Notes: a model not told the origin generated them from the sequence alone. A stretch of 26,358 nucleotides of DNA from a virus (IMGVR_UViG_3300022777_000016:1-26358), one strand, 5' to 3'. Shown: positions 14,701 to 22,910, counted from the first letter of the stretch. A program made the numbers and translations.

Positions 14701-16115
14701 TTTTTCTTGTAGCCCGACAGCGCACTCGCCTGTTGCTTTTTCTGTTGCTGGACGAGGTAGCGGGCGTTGACCTCATCGAGCAATTCGACCGGGCCCATGC
14801 CCTCGTCCTCACCGTTGGCTTTCATCTTGGCGAGGATTTCGGCCTTGAGCTTTTGGCCCTGCGGGTTGGCCTCGATGTCGTCGAGCGTCGCCTGGGCCTG
14901 GTCGATCTCGGCGGCCTTCGCTAGCTGGGCGTCGATCGCCTGGTCGATGTCGGCCTGGGCCTGCTCGGGCAGCGCATCGTAGGCGGCCTGGGCCTCGGGC
15001 CCTGGTTCCTTGCCCTTGAGCTTGGCTGACTTGTAGTGCGCGAGGTCGCTGTTTTGCTTTTGCTTGGCGGCCTTGGCCTGCACCGCGTCCAGCTTCTCGG
15101 ACGGGCTCATGGCCTGGCCTGTCTTGGTCTTGTTGAGCTGCTTGAGGGCAGAGGCCAGGTGGGGCTCGTTGTTGTCGGCGATCTCCTTAAGCCGCTGCGC
15201 CGCCACGGTGTCGGGGTCGAGGTTGGCTAATTCCTCGTCGGCGACCTTCTTGCCCTTGGTCCACGCCTTGTCGGCGAGCTCCTGGACGGCCGGCGCGGCT
15301 TGCTTGAGGGGCTCGGGCAGCGCGTCGATCTTCTCCTGGAGCACCGATTCGAGGTGGTCCTGGCGGGCCTTGCCGATGTGGTAGTCCCAGCCGCGGTCGA
15401 TGCCACGGGGGACCTGCAATACCTCGCCCGTGGTCGGGTTGGTCCAGGACACGGTCTCGATCGGCGGGGCCGTCGACGAAGGCTGGATGCCCATGCTTTC
15501 GAGCTCATCGCCCGATAGCTGGATCACACCACAACGGCACTGGAAGCCATTAGGGGGGTAATGGGTGTCCCACCACGGGTCGTCGACGGGCAGCGTCGTG
15601 TTGTCCCAGGCGTTGTGCATCGGCCGGGTGCGGTGGTCGTCGACCGCGTCGTACATTAGGTACGGCGCGACCTCGCGCTGCTCGCGGATTTGCTGCCACT
15701 GGCCCTGGGCGTAGGCGGCCTGGACGTTGGAGCGGTAGATGTTATTGAGGCGCGCGGCGCTACCGAGCTGGGCCTGCGTTGTGGCCCCTGTGTTGGGGTC
15801 TGTGACGTCCGCCTTCCCCCACCAGCCCTTCTGTTGCATTTTCGGCATGAGCCGCTTGCGGAAGTCGCGCGGGGTCTCTCCGTTGGCGATGGCGTCGTCT
15901 ATCGCGCTTTTGACGTCGGCGAGCAGGTCCACGTCCATCATCTTGGCGACGGTGAACGCCGCGACGTGTTCCTCGGCGACCATGTCGTCGAAACTGAACG
16001 ACGTCTTGAGGCCCTTGTCACGGAAGAACGACACGGCGGCCTCGGGCGTCTGTTGGAAGATCGACGCGAGGCCGTCACCGCTGGAGAAGTCACGGAAGTC
16101 GAGGGTGAAGCCCAC
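11778..16115 (-). CDS. MuF (Mu gpF / SPP1 gp7) head morphogenesis protein with long C-terminal extension (helical repeats, kinase-like domain, putative ADP-ribosyltransferase)
   Basis: GTG start with GGGAGG RBS after the portal gene; MuF motifs AFTVAK, RL..IYR.N...AY..G.W, YDAVDD.RTRP.H..W, PPNGF.CRC in the first ~255 aa; 1445 aa in total. Confidence 0.93.
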   Translation of the reverse strand: MGFTLDFRDFSSGDGLASIFQQTPEAAVSFFRDKGLKTSFSFDDMVAEEHVAAFTVAKMMDVDLLADVKSAIDDAIANGETPRDFRKRLMPKMQQKGWWGKADVTDPNTGATTQAQLGSAARLNNIYRSNVQAAYAQGQWQQIREQREVAPYLMYDAVDDHRTRPMHNAWDNTTLPVDDPWWDTHYPPNGFQCRCGVIQLSGDELESMGIQPSSTAPPIETVSWTNPTTGEVLQVPRGIDRGWDYHIGKARQDHLESVLQEKIDALPEPLKQAAPAVQELADKAWTKGKKVADEELANLDPDTVAAQRLKEIADNNEPHLASALKQLNKTKTGQAMSPSEKLDAVQAKAAKQKQNSDLAHYKSAKLKGKEPGPEAQAAYDALPEQAQADIDQAIDAQLAKAAEIDQAQATLDDIEANPQGQKLKAEILAKMKANGEDEGMGPVELLDEVNARYLVQQQKKQQASALSGYKKKVLAGKIPTPAQKAAFDAMDEAEQDKFLAKLDKAKADQAAAQAPESVIESPAASISAKEASDQADDLVTDVLAADLPLTPDAEADAAKALKWLIDPENFDEPQGPGLKVLKGKGPAVEDVLEEAAGIAKARGTGQAFANMADDNGVTLPDSAKAKLAASDASAESDSVPDATPEQGPPETEPAPQINTEALTKVGEQQGSNPGGTYLDTETGQKWYIKQPDSPEIARNEVLAGKLYEAAGVEVPRMEMIDLDGTRSLASQIIEGLETGGPGTDWSSIDGAHRNFVVDAWLGNWDVAGLDYDNLLIKAGRAVRVDTGGALRYRAQGSPKSASQWTGEVQEIETLRDPQINPQSAQAFANISREDMVAGARKVARITDEQIDELIENNGPADPQTAANLAATLKARRDDILERFPEAAERADVEPKPAGARVTETESKLVDDARSNGVAFRTDEDQIEDQQVLVWRQRSQDGDVFTNADLKVRRSAARQLDEQIEGAATKLPDLPEQATLETRIIEASKGLSSQALKGGLRQKDADRIATARQSYDDALAAVKQRVADGELAPESIEALRQRFEPWVDALNKAGQSPLGEVPDWAPPASMLEKGARVITKAEQPEADKPSIEWTKRTEHPWTMARFDRGFAQDTDEVQRLGDPTHYEAFLSDGRRVLYFPSSNRSTAIRNRLIIETPGDDTSAAEKTIQALDELGVNGARATDLDGEELYLTQIARHRRDGFDQFIAETEGIEDQAERVAAMQRWLSGQVGQDITKMPNYRPQGDHEAFGHGLVRRERPDLDTPEFRQFARQHRLYHENTRGDLASALDNVLKSGGKMSPNTDRLRRGIPHGGMSPDQDMETGGASYFFTRIKKRQSSSPGFYWKADHLKRLDSISYSGDEFGRVVDRDGQGDFVQKNRQVGTEEWQGAAKRPTNETIFKGGLSLFDGLDRIQTSSASERERVLQVLRDNGFNEWPDGRALEEVVK

Positions 16116-16125
16116 GGGGCCCTCC

Positions 16126-17622
16126 CTAGCGCTGCTGACGCAAGTGGCCCATCATCCGCGCGACCACGCCGCCGCGGCGCTGTTGCTCGACGGCCTGCTC
16201 CGGCGGGTCCTCGATGAGCATTTCGGCTAGGTGCGCGCGCACGGCGTCCCAATCGTCGGTCTGCTCGGCGTGCTCGAGGACCTGGTTGATGCGCTCGCCG
16301 ACCACACCCGGGTATTGGTGCGCGTAGGCACGCGCGGCCGCCACCACCGCCTGGGCGTCGGCCCGGTGGCCGTTGCGGGCCGACTGCAATTCCTCGTGCT
16401 CGGCGAACGAGGCGGGCTCACCACCGCCCCCGCCTGGATCGCCTGGACCGGCCGGGCGACGCATGGTGTCCGACTCACGCGGGACCCAGCCCTCGCCGTA
16501 GGTCTCACGGATATACGCCTCGGTGGGCTTGAAGCCCAGGCCGTAGACTTTCTTATCACGCTCGGCGCGCTGGTTGAGGTCCTCCTCGGGCTCGAGGTCA
16601 CGATAGACCGACGGCAGGCGCGCGTTGGGGAAATTCCAATCACGCAGCCAGCGCACGGGGCCGGCGGTGAACGACTCGTCGATGAGGTCGGCGTCGGACT
16701 TGACCACCTCGTCTTTGACGTCCTGGTGGACCTCGGCCTGGGCGCGACTGCTCCCGTTGTCGGTGGTCATGGTCTGCGACAGCACCACCTTGGCGATGGC
16801 CGAATCGAGCACCGACAGGAGCTCGCCCTGGTTCGATGCACCGCTGCGGAACGCCTCGAGCAGCTCCACCTCGGCGTCCTGGGGGATCACGACACTGCTG
16901 TCGGTATGGATCGCTTGTAGCGCGTCGTGGACCTTGGCGCGGAGGTCGTCGTCGCTGAACTGGCCCATCGGGACCTTGGCCATGGCGGTCGGCGAGCCGA
17001 ACTTCTCGACCGCCGATAGCCAGAACTGGAAGTCGTGGCGCTTGAAATACACTAGCCAGTAGAGGCTGTGCGCGAGGCCGAGGCCATAGGGGTCGTCGTC
17101 GTTGTCCGAGCCCGTCGCCAGCGTCCAGAACTTGCGCTCGGGCATGCGCTGGGGCTGGACCATGTTGTCGACCAGATAGAGCCGCCGGTCCCGGTCGAAG
17201 CCGAAGCGCTCACGCCGGCGCACCTTGATGTCGTCGAGCACGACGCGGTTGCCCTCCCGGCTCCACATGCACTCACCCACGGCGTAGCCGTAGAACACGC
17301 CGTAGTGCATTTTCGCGGTGTGATCGTCCCAGCGCAGGCCCTCGAGCTGCTCACGGATGAAGTCGGCCAGGGCCTTGTCCTGGCGGTTCTCGCTTGCCGG
17401 GTCGACGCGCCACTCGGACTGGGTGAGCGCCAGGCGGCGCTGCTGGAGCGTGCTCGATACCTGGTCGTCACGGAGCAGGTCGGAATAGATGCGGTAGTGC
17501 CCACCACGCTGACGCAGCACGGCATCGCTAGGCACGACGAGGCTGGACCCGAAGCCGCGGGTTGTGTGCGCGGTATCGTCGGTGGCGAGCTCCTGGAAGT
17601 TGGGCTTGACTACGGGTGCCAT
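16126..17622 (-). CDS. Portal protein, Mu gp29-like (DUF935)
   Basis: Start revised to ATG 17622 (GGAGG RBS); D.QV.S.LQQRR.A, GYAVGE..W, PYGLGL, EKFG.P, IAKVVLSQTMTT..GSSRAQAEVH motifs. Confidence 0.95.
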   Translation of the reverse strand: MAPVVKPNFQELATDDTAHTTRGFGSSLVVPSDAVLRQRGGHYRIYSDLLRDDQVSSTLQQRRLALTQSEWRVDPASENRQDKALADFIREQLEGLRWDDHTAKMHYGVFYGYAVGECMWSREGNRVVLDDIKVRRRERFGFDRDRRLYLVDNMVQPQRMPERKFWTLATGSDNDDDPYGLGLAHSLYWLVYFKRHDFQFWLSAVEKFGSPTAMAKVPMGQFSDDDLRAKVHDALQAIHTDSSVVIPQDAEVELLEAFRSGASNQGELLSVLDSAIAKVVLSQTMTTDNGSSRAQAEVHQDVKDEVVKSDADLIDESFTAGPVRWLRDWNFPNARLPSVYRDLEPEEDLNQRAERDKKVYGLGFKPTEAYIRETYGEGWVPRESDTMRRPAGPGDPGGGGGEPASFAEHEELQSARNGHRADAQAVVAAARAYAHQYPGVVGERINQVLEHAEQTDDWDAVRAHLAEMLIEDPPEQAVEQQRRGGVVARMMGHLRQQR

Positions 17623-17635
17623 CAGGGGACCTCCG

Positions 17636-18958
17636 TTACATGGTGACGTCGGCGCTGGCGCGTCGCCCGCCGCCGCCGTAAATCTGGATCGCGTCGCGGC
17701 TGGCGTGCCGGGCCGCATAGGTGAGCGCCTGGACGATCGAGTCGACCTGGTCGTCGTTGGCGCCCTCGGGGAAGATGGAGAGCTCGATCTCGACGTCCTG
17801 CAGCCACGGCGCCGTGCGCGGGTGGAACACGCGGCCGGCTTCGTAGAGGCTCGTTATCCCCATCGCCCGCGTGACCTTGTCCTCCTTGCCCGGCTCGTAG
17901 GGCACGATCGGCAGCGCGGTCTCGGCGCGCAGCTCCTGGATCGCCGAGGTGCCGCTGCCCTTGTCCTCGATGAGCACCGCCCGCGGCGACCACAGGGCGG
18001 CGTCGTCGACGATCGCTTGCTTGAGCCCCGGGTACATGAGCTTGCGCCGGTCCACGTCGGCCAGAAAGAAGCCCAGCCGGGATACGGCCCAGGTCGTGCA
18101 AACGCTGTAGTCGTGGAGCTCGCCGGCCTTGCTTGCGGTGTCCCACGACTGGATGAAGAAGGCGTCGGGCGGCAGGTCGTCGTAGTAGTAGAACCACTCG
18201 GGGTTGAATACGCCGCCATCGGCGCTGGCGTTCCAGTCGCCCTCTAGCCAGGCTTGGACCAGCCAAGGCGGCCCCGACGCCTTGAGGCGCTCGACGTAGT
18301 GCGGGTCCGCGTCGAGCAGCGCCGGGTTGTCCTGAACCCGGCTCGGGATATAGACCCGCTCGGCGCCGGTGGTCTCGTCGCGGAACGGGCGCATCGGTGG
18401 CGCCGGGTCGAGGTAGCGTTCCTTGATCCAAGCGTGACCCACACCACCGGGGTTGCCCGTGAGGCGCAGCAACGGCGGCACGCCCTGGGTCGAGCGCATG
18501 GTCCCGCGCAGGCGGTCGATGCCCGCGGGGCTGGGGAAGTTGCCCGCCTCGTCGATGCCCAGCCAGGTGTAGGAGTGACCCTGGTAGCGGCTGGCGTGGC
18601 GCTCGGCTTCGAGGTAACGGAGCTTCAAGAAGCCCCCACTCGGGCCCCCACCGGGCATGTAGAACGTCTTGGCGCCGGCGCGATACTGCGCCCCCAACAC
18701 GGGCAGGATTTCGAGCAGGCGCGAGAGCACTTCCTCGAGCTCGTCGTAGGTGCGCCGGAACAGAATCCCGCGCGCGGCGTTGCCGTGGTAGCCCCAATGG
18801 CGCAGCCACGAGCCCGCCAGGCCGTCCGTCTTGCCGCCACCACGCGCCCCGCCATACAGGACTTCCTCGATCGGGCAATCCACGAGCGCCGTTTGGGGGC
18901 CGGGCTGGGGCTGCCATGCTACGGGTCGCCCTGGCTCGGGGCGTGTCGCTGCACCCAT
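17636..18958 (-). CDS. terL: Terminase large subunit (Terminase_6-type ATPase plus RNase H-like nuclease)
   Basis: Walker A GGARGGGKT, Walker B LGIDEAG, TGNPGG coupling motif, nuclease motifs SWDTA, IEDKGSG, FP....DDQVD. Confidence 0.96.
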   Translation of the reverse strand: MGAATRPEPGRPVAWQPQPGPQTALVDCPIEEVLYGGARGGGKTDGLAGSWLRHWGYHGNAARGILFRRTYDELEEVLSRLLEILPVLGAQYRAGAKTFYMPGGGPSGGFLKLRYLEAERHASRYQGHSYTWLGIDEAGNFPSPAGIDRLRGTMRSTQGVPPLLRLTGNPGGVGHAWIKERYLDPAPPMRPFRDETTGAERVYIPSRVQDNPALLDADPHYVERLKASGPPWLVQAWLEGDWNASADGGVFNPEWFYYYDDLPPDAFFIQSWDTASKAGELHDYSVCTTWAVSRLGFFLADVDRRKLMYPGLKQAIVDDAALWSPRAVLIEDKGSGTSAIQELRAETALPIVPYEPGKEDKVTRAMGITSLYEAGRVFHPRTAPWLQDVEIELSIFPEGANDDQVDSIVQALTYAARHASRDAIQIYGGGGRRASADVTM

Positions 18959-19383
18959 GCCTCGGCGTCCTCAGCGGTTGGGGGGAGGTAGACGATGCCC
19001 TGAGCTTCGTGTTCGCCGTCCGGGGTGGTCGGGGCGACCTTTTGCGGCGCTTCCGCGCCTTGGACCTGCGTGATGCGCTTGGCGAGCTGCATAGCCCGCT
19101 CGACCGCCTTGAGGTTGCCCTTGAGCGCGTCGGCCCACACCGCCGCCAGCAAGCGCTCGTTGCGCGCGACTTCGAGCTGGCGCACCTGCTCGGCGTAGGC
19201 ACGGGTGTCGTCGTCGATGGTCGCGAGCGCCTTGGCGACGTGCTTGTACGCGCCTTGCTTGGACCCACCGATGACCTCGGCGATCTGCTCGTAGGTGTAG
19301 CCCGCGAGCCGGAATTGCAGCGCCTTCTGGCGCTTCTGTGCCGCGGTTAGCCTCGCCGGGGTGGTCTGCTGGTTCCGGGCCAT
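18919..19383 (-). CDS. terS: Terminase small subunit (N-terminal HTH)
   Basis: ALQFRLAGYTYEQIAEVIG.S...AYK HTH followed by helices; overlaps the terL start. Confidence 0.8.
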   Translation of the reverse strand: MARNQQTTPARLTAAQKRQKALQFRLAGYTYEQIAEVIGGSKQGAYKHVAKALATIDDDTRAYAEQVRQLEVARNERLLAAVWADALKGNLKAVERAMQLAKRITQVQGAEAPQKVAPTTPDGEHEAQGIVYLPPTAEDAEAWVQRHAPSQGDP

Positions 19384-19401
19384 ACGTCAACCGCTTCTGC
19401 G

Positions 19402-20043
19402 TCAACAACCGTCGTGGCCGAGCGCGATCAGCTCGGGGCGAAAGAGCGGCGGCGCGTCGATGGACGGCTCCCACGTCGCCAGGCGCGCGTCCTGGGGACG
19501 GCCGGCCTGGTAGCCGTCGTGGGCAATGCGCGAGGCGACCTCGGAGAGCAAGCGCAGCCCGAGGGGCCCGAGGCGCTCACGCCACAGGCTCTCGGCGGTG
19601 TCGTCGGGGTCGACGAACACATGCTCCTGGGCGAGCACGGGGCCCCCGTCGACCGTGTCGGTCAGACGAAAGACGGTGCCGCCGGTGACGGCCTCACGCA
19701 TGCGCAACGTCCAACGGATCGCATCACGCCCGCGGTGGCGCGGCAGCAACGAGGGGTGGTAGCCGATGGCGCCGTGGCGAGCCCGCCAGCGCGTAGGCGC
19801 ACCGATGAAGTCGTGACTGTGCGCGGCGACGATGAGGTCGAGGTCATCGGGGACGGTACGCTCGCGCAACGTACCCGCGGGGATCACGGGCACACCAGCG
19901 AGCTCGGCGGCGGTGGCGAGGCGGTCGGGCTTGTCCTCGCGCACGGGCGCGGCCGCGGCCACCACTTCCACGCCGGGCGTATGGCTTAGGATCGTGAGCG
20001 CGTTGGCGCCGAACCACTTTTGCCCCGTCACCAGTACCTTCAT
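19402..20043 (-). CDS. Formyltransferase (Fmt/PurN-like N-terminal domain), phage-encoded
   Basis: Start revised to ATG 20043 (ATGA overlap); GYHPSLLPRHRG..AI.W, GGTVF...DTVDGGPVLAQ; 213 aa, lacks the Fmt C-terminal tRNA-binding domain. Confidence 0.92.
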   Translation of the reverse strand: MKVLVTGQKWFGANALTILSHTPGVEVVAAAAPVREDKPDRLATAAELAGVPVIPAGTLRERTVPDDLDLIVAAHSHDFIGAPTRWRARHGAIGYHPSLLPRHRGRDAIRWTLRMREAVTGGTVFRLTDTVDGGPVLAQEHVFVDPDDTAESLWRERLGPLGLRLLSEVASRIAHDGYQAGRPQDARLATWEPSIDAPPLFRPELIALGHDGC

Positions 20044-21179
20044 GCCGCCTGCTCCCCGTAGTAGCGAAAGCCCTGCACGGCGCGGAAGTGGCCGCCGTAA
20101 CCGGCACCGACGCTCGACTTGCCCGTGCGCTTGATCGACGCCTTGGACTTGGCCTTGTTGCCGCCGTAGAGGTTCGCCGATAGCTGGCGCCACCGCGGGT
20201 CACGGCGCAGGGCCGCGCATAGGCCGGGGTGGCTCGTATGGAAAATCGTCGTCACCTTGCGCCCGGGCAGGCGCGCGAGCTCATCGCCTTGCATCTGCGC
20301 CTCGCACACGGCGTTGAGAAACCGCATCCCGACGCCGGCGCCTTGCCATTCAGGCTTGACCACCATGCGGCACGCGCGCGCCTCGACCTGTTTGCCCTTG
20401 TTCTTACTACCGACCGCGAGGTGGCACACGCGCTCGCCGTCGACCAAGCCAACGTAGCAATGCGCGCCCACCATCCGCGGGATCTTCAGATAGTGATGCG
20501 GCTCAAACTCCGGCCAGTAGCGCCAGTCTGTCTGCACGACATCGAGCGTGAATCGAGGCCGCTTCCATCTTTCGCGCCCCCTGTGGTACTCGCCCGTCGC
20601 CACGTCGAACATCCAATCCGGCTCCAGCCAATCGAGGATGTCGTAGTGGCACGACAGCAGGACCACGCGCGAGCCGGTGCGGCGCCACGCTTTCTGGAAC
20701 GCTGACGCGCCGATCTTGGCGATCTGGCGGTCGACCACGGAGGTAAACTCGTCGAAGATGATGGGGTCGGGCGCTTGGGTGACGATGCGCGCGAGGTCCG
20801 CGCGGAAGCGCTCACCATTGGATAGCGCGTGATAGGGGCGCAGCCACGACGGCACGTTGCCCAGGCCCACCGCCGACAGCGCACCCGTGACCGCGTCGAA
20901 GCTGTCACCACCGATCGCGTCGATGATGGGCTGGTCCTCGGGCCAATTCGCGCCGGGGTCGTAGATGTAGCCCCCACCGAATAACTGGCGGCCGATGCTC
21001 GTCTTACCGGAACCGCTCGGGCCCACGATCACACCGATCTGCCACTGGCCGTCGTCGATCGGCAGGCTCGCGTCGAGGGTGAACTCCGCGCCCGTGTCGA
21101 CGTTGAACAACGACTTGACGCGCGCGGCCCGGTAGCTCTGGAAGTCGGTCGTCGTGTTGTGGACGTGAATCTCGGTCAT
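20040..21179 (-). CDS. ABC-type ATPase fused to a GNAT-fold acyltransferase
   Basis: Walker A GPSGSGKT, signature LSNGE, Walker B FDEFTSVVDR, switch His (SCH); C-terminal acetyl-CoA motif RMVVKPEWQGAGVG; no transmembrane partner nearby. Confidence 0.9.
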   Translation of the reverse strand: MTEIHVHNTTTDFQSYRAARVKSLFNVDTGAEFTLDASLPIDDGQWQIGVIVGPSGSGKTSIGRQLFGGGYIYDPGANWPEDQPIIDAIGGDSFDAVTGALSAVGLGNVPSWLRPYHALSNGERFRADLARIVTQAPDPIIFDEFTSVVDRQIAKIGASAFQKAWRRTGSRVVLLSCHYDILDWLEPDWMFDVATGEYHRGRERWKRPRFTLDVVQTDWRYWPEFEPHHYLKIPRMVGAHCYVGLVDGERVCHLAVGSKNKGKQVEARACRMVVKPEWQGAGVGMRFLNAVCEAQMQGDELARLPGRKVTTIFHTSHPGLCAALRRDPRWRQLSANLYGGNKAKSKASIKRTGKSSVGAGYGGHFRAVQGFRYYGEQAA

Positions 21180-21751
21180 GTATTGACCACCCGTACCTTG
21201 TAGCCCTCGCCCGTGAGCTTGGCGTACAGCGATTCCTGCTCGGTCTCATCGCCGCACTCGATGAACACGCCGTGGGTGCCCTCGGTCTCGTCGTCGTCGT
21301 CGCCCTCGCCGTCGTCGTCACCGTCGCCGGTGTCCTCGCTCTTGGGTGGTTTCTCCAGGTCGTGCAAGCGCGCGGCGATCTCGGCGGCGCTCTCGTCGGC
21401 GATGGCCTCGAGCGTGGCGCGTAGCTGCTCGTCGTCGGTGCTCGCTAGGTTGGTCAGCGGGTCCAACGACAGCAGCGCCTTGCGTTCCTCGGCTTCACTG
21501 AGGCGCACGTAGGTCACGGGGACCTCGCTCTCGTCCGCGGCGAGTGCAATCCCGACGCGCAGGTGGCCGTCGACTAGGTGGCCGGTGGTGACGTTGACGA
21601 TGACCGTCTGCACCCAGCCGACATGGGCGATGGTGTCGCGCACCGCCTGGCGCTGGACCGAGGGGTGGATGCGCCAATTGTTCGGGTTGGCGAGCAGCTG
21701 GTCCGGGGCGACCGTACTGGTCTCGACGATGCGGTCGCTCCAGTCGCTCAT
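21176..21751 (-). CDS. ParB/Srx N-terminal-domain protein (paralog 2)
   Basis: NPNNWRIHP...GW...VIVN..TGHLVDGHLR; acidic linker; C-terminal IEC.DE.EQ..L...L...G motif. Confidence 0.85.
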   Translation of the reverse strand: MSDWSDRIVETSTVAPDQLLANPNNWRIHPSVQRQAVRDTIAHVGWVQTVIVNVTTGHLVDGHLRVGIALAADESEVPVTYVRLSEAEERKALLSLDPLTNLASTDDEQLRATLEAIADESAAEIAARLHDLEKPPKSEDTGDGDDDGEGDDDDETEGTHGVFIECGDETEQESLYAKLTGEGYKVRVVNT

Positions 21752-22278
21752 ACGGTGATCGCCTTGGCCTTGAGCCCGAGCGCCTGCATGTCGCCGAGGG
21801 CCTGTTCCTGCTCGGCCTTGCTGTCACACTCGATGATGAGCCCGGCCTGGGCCTGGTATTGGTCCTCGGGCGGGGTCTCGTTCGGGTCGGCCGGGGTGAA
21901 CAGGCGCGCGAGCGTGGGGTCGTCGAACGCCGTGTCCTGGCGTAGCTGCTCGATGATGTCGGAGTCGAAGTCGGCCAGCGCCGCCGACGGGTCGAGCGTG
22001 GCGAGGATGAAGTGTTCCTCGCCCTCATCGACGTCGACGTAGAGCACCGGCACGTGCTCGCCGGCCTCACGCGCGAGCTCGGCGCGCAGGTGGCCGTCGA
22101 GGATGCGCCCGGTCTGCTCATTGACCACGACCTGGCGAATCCAGCCGATCTCGCCGAGGGCGCCGTTCATGGCCTCACGCTGCGTACTCGGGTGCACACG
22201 GAAATTGGCCGGGTGCGCAAGCAGCTGGTCAGCCGCTTCGACGCCGCTTTCGATGATGCGGTTGTTCCATTCAGTCAT
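21748..22278 (-). CDS. ParB/Srx N-terminal-domain protein (paralog 1)
   Basis: Start revised to ATG 22278; HPANFRVHP...GW...VVVN..TGRILDGHLR; same C-terminal IECDS..EQ motif; ATGA overlap with the next gene. Confidence 0.85.
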   Translation of the reverse strand: MTEWNNRIIESGVEAADQLLAHPANFRVHPSTQREAMNGALGEIGWIRQVVVNEQTGRILDGHLRAELAREAGEHVPVLYVDVDEGEEHFILATLDPSAALADFDSDIIEQLRQDTAFDDPTLARLFTPADPNETPPEDQYQAQAGLIIECDSKAEQEQALGDMQALGLKAKAITV

Positions 22279-22504
22279 GGGGAATATCAGCCGCCTCGTC
22301 GTCGCCGTGAGCCAAGCGCACGAGCTTGGTCCCAATGAAGGCGCCCTCGGCGTTGGTGATGCCCGACGCGCGCCAACGGATTTGGCCTCCGGTGTCGAGC
22401 CAAGCGACCAACGTGGGCGTGTCGGGCGAGATTTCCTCGAGCGCCGATTGCAAGGCAGCACGCGCGTTGTGCTCGCCGCCTGGTCCTAGCATGAGTCGGC
22501 TCAT
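22271..22504 (-). CDS. Hypothetical protein (about 77 aa)
   Basis: ATG 22504 with GAGG RBS; fills the gap and overlaps the ParB start. Confidence 0.6.
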   Translation of the reverse strand: MSRLMLGPGGEHNARAALQSALEEISPDTPTLVAWLDTGGQIRWRASGITNAEGAFIGTKLVRLAHGDDEAADIPHD

Positions 22505-22540
22505 TGGGCCTCGCTCCATCCCGTGATCCGATTGGTCCGC

Positions 22541-22894
22541 TCAGCCATCGGTATGTCGCCGGGTTGATAGCAGGTGGGTCTCGACGCGCGACAACGACTC
22601 ACTAATGCGCCCGACCTGGCCTTCCAACGCCGCCAGCGATTGGCTCTGGCTGTTGATACGTTCGTACAGCTGGGCGAGGTCGCTATGCGTCGGGAGGGTT
22701 TCTTGCTCGCGCTCGACGACGGCCAGGCGTCGCTCGAGGTCATTGGAGCGTGTCTGCAACGCATTGACGTCGTCGTCGACATGGGCTTGGCGCCGGCGCA
22801 AGCGCTCGTGAATCCAGGCATAGACACCTGCGCCCCCGCCGACGAGAAACATCGCCGCCGAGGCGATCGCATGCACCATTGTCCAGTCCATCAC
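22541..22894 (-). CDS. DUF2730-family membrane-anchored coiled-coil protein (Mu gp25-like)
   Basis: N-terminal TM helix, then RL..VE.....LPT..DL..L...I..L.G coiled coil; lies at the end of the lysis block. Confidence 0.75.
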   Translation of the reverse strand: MMDWTMVHAIASAAMFLVGGGAGVYAWIHERLRRRQAHVDDDVNALQTRSNDLERRLAVVEREQETLPTHSDLAQLYERINSQSQSLAALEGQVGRISESLSRVETHLLSTRRHTDG

Positions 22895-22910
22895 GCGCCC
22901 TCGTTTTCCG

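Noticed and set aside
17622-19268. 548-aa minus-strand ORF overlapping terS/terL in another frame
   Set aside because: Arg/Pro/Gly-rich off-frame translation; the terminase frames carry all the conserved motifs
19402-20043. Annotation as host fmt or purN
   Set aside because: Lacks the Fmt C-terminal domain, has no def/pur context, and is translationally coupled to the ATPase-GNAT gene
20040-21179. Annotation as an ABC transporter subunit
   Set aside because: No permease or binding-protein gene nearby; fused to a GNAT domain and embedded in a phage late operon
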